Source: a virus
Taxonomy: Duplodnaviria > Caudoviricetes
Length of the DNA: 64,000 nt
IMG/VR virus record: IMGVR_UViG_3300032302_000065
Direction: 5' to 3' (one strand)
In this document: piece by piece, positions 1 through 8,235 of the stretch
How positions within the stretch are numbered: the stretch's first letter is position 1
How the letters are laid out: every line of letters starts with the position of its first letter
Program-made: the position numbers and the translations under genes
Notes under the pieces: model-generated
What the model was told of the DNA's origin: nothing
The model's database searches: none
The model's input: only the letters and a program-made list of their open reading frames with translations

Positions 1-131
1 AACAAACTATTGATAGCGCATAATGTCACATATGAACCAATCAAATAAAAAGATAGCCAAGCAAATAACGCACCTAGCAAAACGCTCATAGTCATTTTTT
101 CTGGCGCAACAGTAAACGGTCCAAGTCTCAT
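1..131 (-). CDS. partial small membrane protein (runs off window edge)
   Basis: AAGGAG RBS then ATG at 131; MRLGPFTVAPEKMTMSVLLGALFAWLSFYLIGSYVTLCAINSLF... hydrophobic; not in ORF track. Confidence 0.6.
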   Translation of the reverse strand, partial: MRLGPFTVAPEKMTMSVLLGALFAWLSFYLIGSYVTLCAINSL

Positions 132-159
132 ATAAAAACTCCTTTATTGATGTTTATAC

Positions 160-188
160 AGTATAACACAACAGTCATGGCATGTCAA
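160..188 (-). promoter_or_regulatory. sigma70-type early promoter
   Basis: minus strand TTGACA-N17-TATACT (TG-extended -10). Confidence 0.7.
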
Positions 189-496
189 AATGTATTTAAC
201 GATGGCTCATATTCGGCAATCAATTCACGTTCACGCTGGTGTGCGGGTTTACGTCCACGGATCACTTCAATAACTTCATATTGCCAGTTTGCGCCAGCCA
301 ACTCACGCAATGCATTACACATTGCCCAATTTTTGTTTTCGCACTTAGCACGGCTCACATGTTTTTGCCAACGAACTTTAACAGAACGCAAATAGGCTTG
401 ACCTTGTGCAACAGTCAAGCCAACATATGTATCGCCAGTATCAACGCATGTAACTTTGTACAGTACATGGTTTCTGTCACAACGTTTTTTTCTCAT
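185..496 (-). CDS. small GIY-YIG family nuclease
   Basis: VLYKVTCVDTGDTYVGLT..R...H..E...I......LN pattern. Confidence 0.65.
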   Translation of the reverse strand: MRKKRCDRNHVLYKVTCVDTGDTYVGLTVAQGQAYLRSVKVRWQKHVSRAKCENKNWAMCNALRELAGANWQYEVIEVIRGRKPAHQRERELIAEYEPSLNTF

Positions 497-507
497 TACC
501 ATACTTA

Positions 508-536
508 CAGTATAACAAATCCGGAGAATTTGTCAA
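508..536 (-). promoter_or_regulatory. sigma70-type early promoter
   Basis: minus strand TTGACA-N17-TATACT. Confidence 0.7.
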
Positions 537-549
537 GGAATATCCACAT

Positions 550-567
550 TGTTGCAAAAAAACAACA
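550..567. promoter_or_regulatory. palindromic operator TGTTG-N8-CAACA
   Basis: TGTTGCAAAAAAACAACA; motif recurs at 44961, 47877, 47899 just upstream of early promoters. Confidence 0.55.
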
Positions 568-620
568 AAATCCCCCTATGAAGTGTTGTGTTTTTGACAC
601 ATTTTTAAGACTTGGATTAC

Positions 621-628
621 CATAAATA
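621..628 (+). promoter_or_regulatory. T4-type late promoter variant (CATAAATA)
   Basis: one mismatch to TATAAATA, about 30 nt upstream of first plus-strand gene. Confidence 0.45.
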
Positions 629-659
629 ATGTTATCAAGTCCTAGGGAGGATAATAATC

Positions 660-809
660 ATGGATATAGTAGAGATACTTTTAAAAGCATGGCCAGTATT
701 TTTAGCATTTATCACTTTAGTCATAGTTTTGGCTAAAATGGACGTGCGAATCGGAGTATTAGAAGAAAAAGTCAAATCATTATTTGATTTACATAACAAA
801 GGAAAATAA
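660..809 (+). CDS. small membrane protein (49 aa; TM + coiled coil)
   Basis: GGGAGG RBS; MDIVEILLKAWPVFLAFITLVIVLAKMDVRIGVLEEKVKSLFDLHNKGK; not in ORF track. Confidence 0.7.
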   Translation: MDIVEILLKAWPVFLAFITLVIVLAKMDVRIGVLEEKVKSLFDLHNKGK

Positions 810-810
810 A

Positions 811-1161
811 ATGGCAGAAAAAACAGCAGAACAAGCACATGAAAAAGGTGCGTTTATAGAGAAATTATTATTTGCATTATTACCTCTATTAGTTGGTTCA
901 GTTGGATATTTAATTCAAGCATTAGGTGTTATTCAACATGATGTAACCATTCTGAATCAAAAAGTGAGTTTAGTTGTTACTACAGATAACAAGCAGGCTA
1001 GCAATAGCGGTGCTGAATTGGCACGTGAAAAACTACGTCAAGATTTAGAAAAAGAAATTCAAAAGAATCGTGACGCTATTATGGAGAATAGAACACACAT
1101 TGCTATTCTTGAAGACAGAGCAGGTGTAACGAAAAAAATTGGACCAATGAAAGAAAACTAA
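811..1161 (+). CDS. membrane-anchored coiled-coil protein
   Basis: one TM (LLFALLPLLVGSVGYLI) then coiled coil; ATG at 811 after AAGGA. Confidence 0.7.
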   Translation: MAEKTAEQAHEKGAFIEKLLFALLPLLVGSVGYLIQALGVIQHDVTILNQKVSLVVTTDNKQASNSGAELAREKLRQDLEKEIQKNRDAIMENRTHIAILEDRAGVTKKIGPMKEN

Positions 1162-1162
1162 A

Positions 1163-1720
1163 ATGGCAGAAGTAGTATTACAACAGAAACCATTGTCACG
1201 TAGCGAACGTGAGGCACATATTAAAGATAAAGCTGGATGGGTAATTACCGTCTTAGCCGCTTTACTTGCAATTAACACTTATATATCAAATGGTAACAGC
1301 AGTAAAGTTTTAAATAACACAATCCGAGCAAATGATACTTGGGCATTTTATCAAGCTAAGAGTATTAAACAAACTCTAGCAGAAATGCGTATGGATGATG
1401 CTATTGCACAAAAAGATTTTAAAAAGGCTGAAGCACTAAAGGCTAAAATTGATAAGTATGAATCTGATCCAACTACGGGTGAAGGTAAAAAAGAATTGTT
1501 TATTAAAGCAAAAGCACTTGAAGCTGAACGTGATGAAATTCGCAAATCAAGTCCTTGGTTAACATTTGCGGGTTCTGCATTTCAAATTGCAATTGTTTTA
1601 TTAACGGCAAGCATTTTAGCAGTCAGCATGTCATTGTATTTCGCTAGTATTGTTGTTGGAATTTTTGCCTCAGTACTAATGAGTCAGGGTCTGTGGCTTT
1701 GGCTTCCTATCGCTTTGTAA
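1163..1720 (+). CDS. DUF4337-like membrane protein
   Basis: N-terminal TM, WAFYQAKSIKQ motif, two C-terminal TMs. Confidence 0.7.
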   Translation: MAEVVLQQKPLSRSEREAHIKDKAGWVITVLAALLAINTYISNGNSSKVLNNTIRANDTWAFYQAKSIKQTLAEMRMDDAIAQKDFKKAEALKAKIDKYESDPTTGEGKKELFIKAKALEAERDEIRKSSPWLTFAGSAFQIAIVLLTASILAVSMSLYFASIVVGIFASVLMSQGLWLWLPIAL

Positions 1721-1926
1721 AGTACATATCAATTACATTATGTTTTGTTATTTTAACTGGAAGTGCTGAGATAAAAGAAAGTCCTAAAAAACAGGATGAA
1801 GTAAAAACCTGCACCAAATGGAAATGGGCAGGTGATGTTTTTAATCGAACAGTCTGGTGTGTGGAATGGACCATAAAAAATTGTTCTCAGAGATTGCATA
1901 AAGAAATATGTAAAACTGGTGGTTAA
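1693..1926 (+). CDS. small exported Cys/Trp-rich protein
   Basis: signal-like N-terminus; 4 Cys in the mature part. Confidence 0.5.
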   Translation: MALASYRFVKYISITLCFVILTGSAEIKESPKKQDEVKTCTKWKWAGDVFNRTVWCVEWTIKNCSQRLHKEICKTGG

Positions 1927-1931
1927 TAATC

Positions 1932-2549
1932 ATGGACCCAATTACAATCGGACTTGCATTCTCAGCCGCACAGAGTGCAGTCAGTCATATCAAGCAGGCA
2001 ATCGCATTAGGCAAAGACGTTAATAGTCTTGTCGGGCAATTCAGCAAATTCTTTGAATCGTCAGATGCTATTCATCGTGAAAAAACAAAACAAAGAGCAA
2101 AGGCGCAAAGCCTAGGTAAAACTGATGCTGAGTTAGGTAAAGAAGCACTTCAAATTGCTATGCATAGTGATGCATTACGTGAGCAAGAACGTGAACTTAA
2201 GGATATGATTATCTGGGAATTGGGTAAACCTCAAATTTGGGAACAGATGATTAAAGAGCGCACACGTTTATTTAAAGAACGTGCAGAAGCAGAAGCGGTC
2301 GCTGAGAAAAAAAGATTAGAGGATAAAAAGAAAATGGCAGACATGTTTATGTTTGCAATGTATTTCATTGCAGGATCAATTATTTTATTTGCAATTGCCA
2401 TGGGCGGAATTGGTTTATACGGAGCAATGGAAGAAAAAAGAATCTATGAAGAAAAAGTTGCTAAACGAAATTTACTTATACGACAGCAACAAAAAGAACG
2501 TGATACGAAAGAGCGTGAAGCAAGAGATAAAGCAATTGGAGGAGGCTAA
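1932..2549 (+). CDS. hypothetical coiled-coil membrane protein
   Basis: MDPITIGLAFSAA... N-terminus, coiled coil, single TM. Confidence 0.7.
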   Translation: MDPITIGLAFSAAQSAVSHIKQAIALGKDVNSLVGQFSKFFESSDAIHREKTKQRAKAQSLGKTDAELGKEALQIAMHSDALREQERELKDMIIWELGKPQIWEQMIKERTRLFKERAEAEAVAEKKRLEDKKKMADMFMFAMYFIAGSIILFAIAMGGIGLYGAMEEKRIYEEKVAKRNLLIRQQQKERDTKEREARDKAIGGG

Positions 2550-2552
2550 CTT

Positions 2553-2666
2553 ATGTACTTTAATATAATTATTACATTTAACGATTTATTATTTTTATTC
2601 TGTATGACTCCGTTACTTGCTGTCTTTTGGGTTATGTTTAAAGATTGGTTAAAGGATAGAAAATGA
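2553..2666 (+). CDS. small membrane peptide (37 aa)
   Basis: GGAGG RBS; MYFNIIITFNDLLFLFCMTPLLAVFWVMFKDWLKDRK; ATGA overlap with next gene. Confidence 0.5.
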   Translation: MYFNIIITFNDLLFLFCMTPLLAVFWVMFKDWLKDRK

Positions 2667-3427
2667 AAACATATCGTTCTATTTTTGTGAGTGATGTACA
2701 TTTAGGTACCAAAGATAGTCAGGCTGATAAGTTAAATAACTTTTTAAAGCATAACAGTTGTGACACACTATATCTAGTGGGTGATATTATTGATGCATGG
2801 CGCATACAACAAAACAAATGGCGATGGAAACAAAGCCACACTAATGTGGTACGTAGAGTATTGGGTCACGCAAAACGTGGCACTAGAGTTGTTTATATAG
2901 CAGGGAATCACGATGAGTTTCTTAGACCCATGATACCATATGGTTTTAGTTTTGGTCTTATCGAAATTCACAATCAAATAGAACATATAGGTGCAGATGG
3001 CAAACACTATTTAGTTACACATGGTGACTTGTTTGATGGCATTACTAGACTTGCACCATGGTTGAGTTTTTTAGGAGATAAAGCATATGATTTCATTCTT
3101 TCGCTCAATAGCAAGTTCAATTGGATACGTCATCGTTTTGGTTTTGGGTATTTTAGTCTTAGTCAATATCTCAAACATAGAGTAAAAAAGGCTGTAGATT
3201 TTATATTTCAATTTGAAAAAAATCTAGCCGCTTACTGTATCAAACGAGGTTTTGATGGGGTAATATGCGGACACATACACCACGCAGAGATTAAAGAAAT
3301 CAATGGTGTTATGTATATGAATGATGGCGATTGGGTTGAAAGTTGTACAGCACTTGTAGAACATCATGACGGCCGCTGGGAAATTATAACTTGGACTAAG
3401 GAGAAAGACAATGATGAAACTATGTGA
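2663..3427 (+). CDS. plcP: PlcP-type metallophosphoesterase (phospholipase C; usually auto-annotated UDP-2,3-diacylglucosamine hydrolase)
   Basis: SDVHLG, GDIID, GNHDE, HGDLFD, CGHIH, GDWVESCTA motifs; GNHD rather than LpxH GNRD. Confidence 0.8.
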   Translation: MKTYRSIFVSDVHLGTKDSQADKLNNFLKHNSCDTLYLVGDIIDAWRIQQNKWRWKQSHTNVVRRVLGHAKRGTRVVYIAGNHDEFLRPMIPYGFSFGLIEIHNQIEHIGADGKHYLVTHGDLFDGITRLAPWLSFLGDKAYDFILSLNSKFNWIRHRFGFGYFSLSQYLKHRVKKAVDFIFQFEKNLAAYCIKRGFDGVICGHIHHAEIKEINGVMYMNDGDWVESCTALVEHHDGRWEIITWTKEKDNDETM

Positions 3428-4124
3428 TAAAATCACTATTGTTGTGCCTTGTAAAAATGAAGAAAATTATATTCATCATCTACTAGATTCACTACGCTCA
3501 CAAAACATAGGCGACACTAGAGTAATCATTGCCGACTGTTCAACCGATGCCACTAGACAAGTTATTAAGAATAACAGTATTGGACTGAATGTCGAAATTA
3601 TTGATGGTGGTCCAGTATCTATTGCTAAGAACAACGGAGCAAAACTAGTCACTACTCCGTACATTCTGTTTATCGATGCTGATGTTAGATTCTTTAAAGA
3701 TACAGTTATTAGAGATGCTGTCAACAAGATGGAATTAAAGAAACTGCATCTTGTTGGACTAAACATTAAATGTTACGACAAAGACATACGAGCAAAGATT
3801 GGATTTACAGCATTTAATGTAATCAATCACACACTAAAATTCTTTAGCCCATTTGCTGTAGGTGCATTCATGCTGACACGTAAAGATAAGTTTGAAGAGT
3901 ATGGTGGGTTTCCCGAAAACTTATTAACATCTGAAGACTACTTTTTATCTAAGAAATATAGTCCTAGAAAATTTAAGATTATTCGACATCACTTTGGACA
4001 AGATAGCCGTAGATTTAAAAAGATGGGCTACTTAGGTATGGGCAAATATCTTGTTAAAAATTTTGTCAATCGCAATAACAAAAAATATTGGGAAAGTTTA
4101 TACCATAATAGATACTGGAATTAA
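3411..4124 (+). CDS. glycosyltransferase family 2
   Basis: IVVPCKNEE, IIADCSTD, AKNNGA, FIDAD (DxD), GAFML, SED, SRR motifs. Confidence 0.9.
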   Translation: MMKLCDKITIVVPCKNEENYIHHLLDSLRSQNIGDTRVIIADCSTDATRQVIKNNSIGLNVEIIDGGPVSIAKNNGAKLVTTPYILFIDADVRFFKDTVIRDAVNKMELKKLHLVGLNIKCYDKDIRAKIGFTAFNVINHTLKFFSPFAVGAFMLTRKDKFEEYGGFPENLLTSEDYFLSKKYSPRKFKIIRHHFGQDSRRFKKMGYLGMGKYLVKNFVNRNNKKYWESLYHNRYWN

Positions 4125-4549
4125 ACTTTTGGTGCAGGATTTCTCTTCTTAGGCGCACTAGTTGTAGGCGCTTTAGTAGTTTGTTGTTGTTTTGGTTTAG
4201 CAGTTTTCTTTGCTGGCGCTTTGTGTTTAGCAATAGATTTTTCTACTGCATCAACTTTACCATCTTTATTCAAATCTCGTTCATCTGCTTCAGTTTTTAC
4301 TGGAGTTGCAACTGGAGTTTGTTTAGGCTGAGTTACAATTTCTGCGCTAATAACTTTACCCATAACTGGTGCAGTAGTCTCTACAATATTTTTTTCAATA
4401 TGTTCAGATTTTACATTAGGGTTTAGATATGGACATTTTGATGGGTCACCGCCATGAGATGTTTCTTCTTTAGCTTTTTTTACTGCAAAGTGATGTGCAA
4501 TAAATGCCAAAACTGCGGCAACGATAATTAGTCCAATAATAATTTCCAT
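4121..4549 (-). CDS. membrane-anchored K/A/P-rich protein with EF-hand-like loop
   Basis: N-terminal TM; DLNKDGKVDAVE; basic tail. Confidence 0.6.
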   Translation of the reverse strand: MEIIIGLIIVAAVLAFIAHHFAVKKAKEETSHGGDPSKCPYLNPNVKSEHIEKNIVETTAPVMGKVISAEIVTQPKQTPVATPVKTEADERDLNKDGKVDAVEKSIAKHKAPAKKTAKPKQQQTTKAPTTSAPKKRNPAPKV

Positions 4550-4560
4550 GATTTCTTCCT

Positions 4561-5181
4561 TTAAGTTAAAATTTCAATCGCATGATTGTAATGATTAATT
4601 CTTTCATCTAAGCCAAGATAACCGCCATTGATGCGTTTTGTCATTGTTTTAATGTCTCCAATATCTGCTAGTTCATTTAGTCTAGCCGCAGACCAGAACC
4701 AACAAGCAGAATGAATAGCATATTCCGATTCAACTAACAAATCAGGATTCTCAACTAATACATTGCTTTCGAACAATGATTGTGAGCATTTAGTGTAATT
4801 GTTTTTTCCTGTAATTTGCACAATACCTCTACCACGGAAGTACCAACCTTCTCCAGAGGCTTCATCTCCATTACCCATACGATTTGCATATACACGATTC
4901 GCAATCATTTCTGGTCTACGTTCGTATTGTTTTGCTACTGCTTCAGTAGGAAAATATTTCTTAAAAGTACCAACTAAACCTTTTGCAGAGTAATTTAAAT
5001 TCTCTTGAAGGGTAGTAAACCCACCAGATTCGTGCCCACATTGAGCCATGAATGCGGCAACTCTAGCAGAAGTGTCTATATCGTATTCTGGCAATATATT
5101 TAATAAATTGTTATACCACTCATCAAAGTTTTTAACTTTTGGTATCAATTGTTTTACTGCATTTTCCGTAAAAAATTCCAT
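4561..5181 (-). CDS. glycoside hydrolase family 19 endolysin
   Basis: AAFMAQCGHESGGF..LQENLNYS, FRGRGIVQITGKNNY, TKRINGG. Confidence 0.9.
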   Translation of the reverse strand: MEFFTENAVKQLIPKVKNFDEWYNNLLNILPEYDIDTSARVAAFMAQCGHESGGFTTLQENLNYSAKGLVGTFKKYFPTEAVAKQYERRPEMIANRVYANRMGNGDEASGEGWYFRGRGIVQITGKNNYTKCSQSLFESNVLVENPDLLVESEYAIHSACWFWSAARLNELADIGDIKTMTKRINGGYLGLDERINHYNHAIEILT

Positions 5182-5221
5182 TGCTATCTCCTATGATAAT
5201 CATAGGAGTATTTAGCATAGT

Positions 5222-5947
5222 TTAATCCCAAAGTGCTTGGTAGTACTTACCGAACAAACGAAATCCGTTTTGAATTCGTGTCTCAACAACTTTCATGCCT
5301 TCATAGTCACACTTGTATGTGTTATTGGGACCATCTGTCATTCGAAACAATTTAGCATCTTTCTTAGGAACTTCATTGCCATCTTTATCGACAGGTAGCC
5401 AAAGCAAGTCATGTTCACCAGAACGAAACTCTTCTTCCCAAGAACCATCATTCTTGCAAGTGAATGCAAAAATCATTTCATCTAATACCCAGTCCCAACG
5501 CTTGAAATGATTTTCGTCAGTATCCCATTCATTTTCTTTTGCTGGCGCTGAAGTTGACTTTAGTTCTTCTGGCACATCTTCATCATCAACATTGGGGGCG
5601 CCATGCTTTGTTGCTTGCAATTGTTTCAGCATAGGTAAGACAATCATTGCAAGTGTGTGATCCATTGACCATGTATCGTACTTGTCAATCTTGATATATG
5701 ATTTGCGACTACGCTTAGACTCTATCCATTGACACAGTTTCAATAGCCAAGTTTCTGGCGGATTCTTTGAGTCTACAATTTCTTCTTTTGTGGTGCCGTG
5801 AGAAAGCCAAGTGCCAAAATTATGCACCCACCTAGGTTTGCTTTCCATATCATATTCGTCCTTTACTGGCTTTGCCCAAAAACAAAGTGCTTCAGCAATC
5901 TGATATGGTCCAACCCAATTCTTATAGGGTCCGATATAAACTTTCAT
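5222..5947 (-). CDS. conserved phage hypothetical protein
   Basis: 241 aa ORF, DTWSMDHTLA...RWDWVLDEMIFAF, GFRLFGKYYQALWD. Confidence 0.75.
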   Translation of the reverse strand: MKVYIGPYKNWVGPYQIAEALCFWAKPVKDEYDMESKPRWVHNFGTWLSHGTTKEEIVDSKNPPETWLLKLCQWIESKRSRKSYIKIDKYDTWSMDHTLAMIVLPMLKQLQATKHGAPNVDDEDVPEELKSTSAPAKENEWDTDENHFKRWDWVLDEMIFAFTCKNDGSWEEEFRSGEHDLLWLPVDKDGNEVPKKDAKLFRMTDGPNNTYKCDYEGMKVVETRIQNGFRLFGKYYQALWD

Positions 5948-6246
5948 TTCAATTTCTTTCTAATGTGTGGACACGGATTCGGTCTAGTGCGAGTTAGTTC
6001 TCCTCCAGCAAAAGGATCGTCATCTATTAACACACCGAACTCTTTTTCTATATAGTACTTACCCATCGCTTTGATACATTGATCCATCAAACTGTTAGAA
6101 CCAGAAGAATCGTCTTCTGCCCAAAAGCAAATTGGAGACCTACCCCATGTACGATATCTTAAAACATCGTGGAAAATTTTTCTATGTTTTTTATTACTAG
6201 GGTCAAACGTTTCGAACACTCTGCCGAACTGTTGAATCTTGCTCAT
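5944..6246 (-). CDS. hypothetical protein
   Basis: ORF coupled to neighbours. Confidence 0.6.
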   Translation of the reverse strand: MSKIQQFGRVFETFDPSNKKHRKIFHDVLRYRTWGRSPICFWAEDDSSGSNSLMDQCIKAMGKYYIEKEFGVLIDDDPFAGGELTRTRPNPCPHIRKKLK

Positions 6247-6382
6247 TACTTTCACTTTCTATCATAATTAAAAGTCGCTTTGATTCTTTACGAACCTCAT
6301 CTGTTACTGACCAACCAAAACCTTCTGGATGCAATAACTCTTTCAAGAAGTGTATAACTTCATTTTCAGTTTTCGCTTTCAT
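6203..6382 (-). CDS. small hypothetical protein (59 aa)
   Basis: MKAKTENEVIHFLKELLHPEGFGWSVTDEVRKESKRLL...; fills gap; not in ORF track. Confidence 0.55.
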   Translation of the reverse strand: MKAKTENEVIHFLKELLHPEGFGWSVTDEVRKESKRLLIMIESESNEQDSTVRQSVRNV

Positions 6383-6599
6383 TCGTCACCTTCACGAATA
6401 AACTGTTGACGGCAAAATCTTCAGGCATTCTCTCAACAATCTTTGTGAAGTGATATGAATCTGGATAGTGTCGTAGAACACTCAAAGCACGTTGACGAAT
6501 GTACTTTGGTACTTTGGGTGTTACTTTTGGGTTCAACAAATCTAAAAGCATTTGATGCCCACAACGCAACGCACGATATCTTTCATCAGGTAGCGTCAT
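6366..6599 (-). CDS. hypothetical protein
   Basis: MTLPDERYRAL...TPKVPKYIRQRA...LRHYP. Confidence 0.65.
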   Translation of the reverse strand: MTLPDERYRALRCGHQMLLDLLNPKVTPKVPKYIRQRALSVLRHYPDSYHFTKIVERMPEDFAVNSLFVKVTNESEN

Positions 6600-7071
6600 A
6601 ATCATTCTCGCTAATATGTTCTGCCATTGTTGTGAAAAACGTTTTAACTTTTAATTCATCATTCCATACTCTTGCGTAGTCATTGTCTTTATCGCACAAT
6701 GCAAGTGCTTCTTCTTTAGTCACGACACGATGTGACACGATAGTTTCGCCTAAGTGTTCTTGCGAAAACTCTTTGGCTTCTTCCATAGTGACAGTATCAA
6801 GTGCCCAATCAGCTTTGTCTTTACCATATCTATCTGTGCCGACAGGAACTTCTACCATGTAGCGTTCACGGAACATAGACACCGTTTCAACAAGAACCCA
6901 TTGTGTTTCAATTTTTTTCATAGTCCAACTTCCATCTTTGTTATCAATCCATTCAATACTGTCGCCAGTTTGCCAACCAGTTCCCTCTAGTATATCATCA
7001 TTTAGGGGAAGAATCAAGTCACCAGTTTCTGGGTCTTCTTCCAATGAAATTGTCCAAGTTTTGTTTTCCAT
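6586..7071 (-). CDS. AbrB/MazE-like DNA-binding domain protein
   Basis: N-terminal DLILPLNDDILEGTGWQTGDSIEW swapped-hairpin pattern; GGAG RBS and upstream TTGAC..TATAAT promoter. Confidence 0.6.
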   Translation of the reverse strand: MENKTWTISLEEDPETGDLILPLNDDILEGTGWQTGDSIEWIDNKDGSWTMKKIETQWVLVETVSMFRERYMVEVPVGTDRYGKDKADWALDTVTMEEAKEFSQEHLGETIVSHRVVTKEEALALCDKDNDYARVWNDELKVKTFFTTMAEHISENDYDAT

Positions 7072-7121
7072 ATGCACTCCTTAAGCGAATACATTCATTA
7101 TAAATGGGGTTTGACGGAAAG

Positions 7122-7415
7122 TCAAGCAATGAGCATTCTTACCAAACCAATGGTATCTATGGTTGTTAGCAGTAGATAGTTAGCCAACATGCCAAAAGAT
7201 TTCCTAGTCCAACTAGCCCAAGCATACAAAGCACAGCCAAGAATCCAGACAGGATAAAGAGCAAGAAGCGGAGGGGTGGGGACTGTGACTGCCATAGTAA
7301 TACTACAACCAATACTAATAGCCCAAGCAAACAACTCAACAGCAAAGCGAATTCGGTTAGACTTAAAGTCATCTTTAATCCATTCTATAGTAGGGCGAAA
7401 CAAATCAATAATCAT
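7122..7415 (-). CDS. 3-TM membrane protein
   Basis: three hydrophobic segments. Confidence 0.7.
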   Translation of the reverse strand: MIIDLFRPTIEWIKDDFKSNRIRFAVELFAWAISIGCSITMAVTVPTPPLLALYPVWILGCALYAWASWTRKSFGMLANYLLLTTIDTIGLVRMLIA

Positions 7416-7416
7416 A

Positions 7417-8235
7417 TCAATCCAAGTTAAATAATTCTGGATGTGTCTTTGAAAAATATAGCCTTAAAATATTCCAATGTTCAAACAATTCAATCGATTG
7501 TCGTTCAACAACCATTCTTTTTATGCCATATAATGATTCTAAAACTTTACTAAAATCATTGATCTGATTTTTATAAACATCATATTCGTATGGACGACTA
7601 TACACTTTATATTCTTTCAATTGAAGGAATGTAGAAAACAATCTTTCAACAATAAACGGAAACATATTGAGATTTGGATCTCTGCTATAGTTTGCACTAC
7701 CATGATAAATCTCAGCATCTTCTCCTGTCAATGCTTCAAGTTTTTGTTTAATGTCATTCACAAAAGACAAGTACTCCAACCAAAATTTTTTAGTTGCAAC
7801 AAAGTAACTGCAATAACATGTAGCGTCCGTCATAACTGAATTAAGAACAGAAGTATCATATCCACCAGCAACAAATGCAGAATGAACAATTTTTTTAATT
7901 CCAGGATGAAAATAATCTCCCTGTTCCCAAACACTTACTGTTAGTGCATTTTGTACTCTAGCATGATTAAAAATATAAACATCAAAATTTGGATTTTCAT
8001 CAATCGACTTTTTAATTTCTGATGCACCATATCGCATTTTGCTTTGCCAGCGAGGACCAAAGACACCCCAAGCATCCAAATCATCCACATGACCCTCATC
8101 AATAATACGATTGAACGAATGAAACTCACGTAATTCTGGACGCTCATTTGATGTGTTATCAAAAGGTGTTAGCAAAGGATCGACTAGGGGGATTTGTTTG
8201 TCCTCAAAACAAATTTGAAAAATTTTGTAGTTCAA
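7417..8235 (-). CDS. putative glycosyltransferase-related protein (DUF4422-like)
   Basis: ELREF, WGVFGPRW, C-terminal FIVERLFSTFL. Confidence 0.45.
   Translation of the reverse strand: MNYKIFQICFEDKQIPLVDPLLTPFDNTSNERPELREFHSFNRIIDEGHVDDLDAWGVFGPRWQSKMRYGASEIKKSIDENPNFDVYIFNHARVQNALTVSVWEQGDYFHPGIKKIVHSAFVAGGYDTSVLNSVMTDATCYCSYFVATKKFWLEYLSFVNDIKQKLEALTGEDAEIYHGSANYSRDPNLNMFPFIVERLFSTFLQLKEYKVYSRPYEYDVYKNQINDFSKVLESLYGIKRMVVERQSIELFEHWNILRLYFSKTHPELFNLD

Noticed and set aside
2663-3427. Annotation as LpxH (lipid A biosynthesis), and MKTY start as a capsid-targeting sequence
   Set aside because: GNHD and the helical insert match PlcP rather than LpxH; MKTYRSIF leads straight into the first catalytic strand and lacks the Glu cleavage site.
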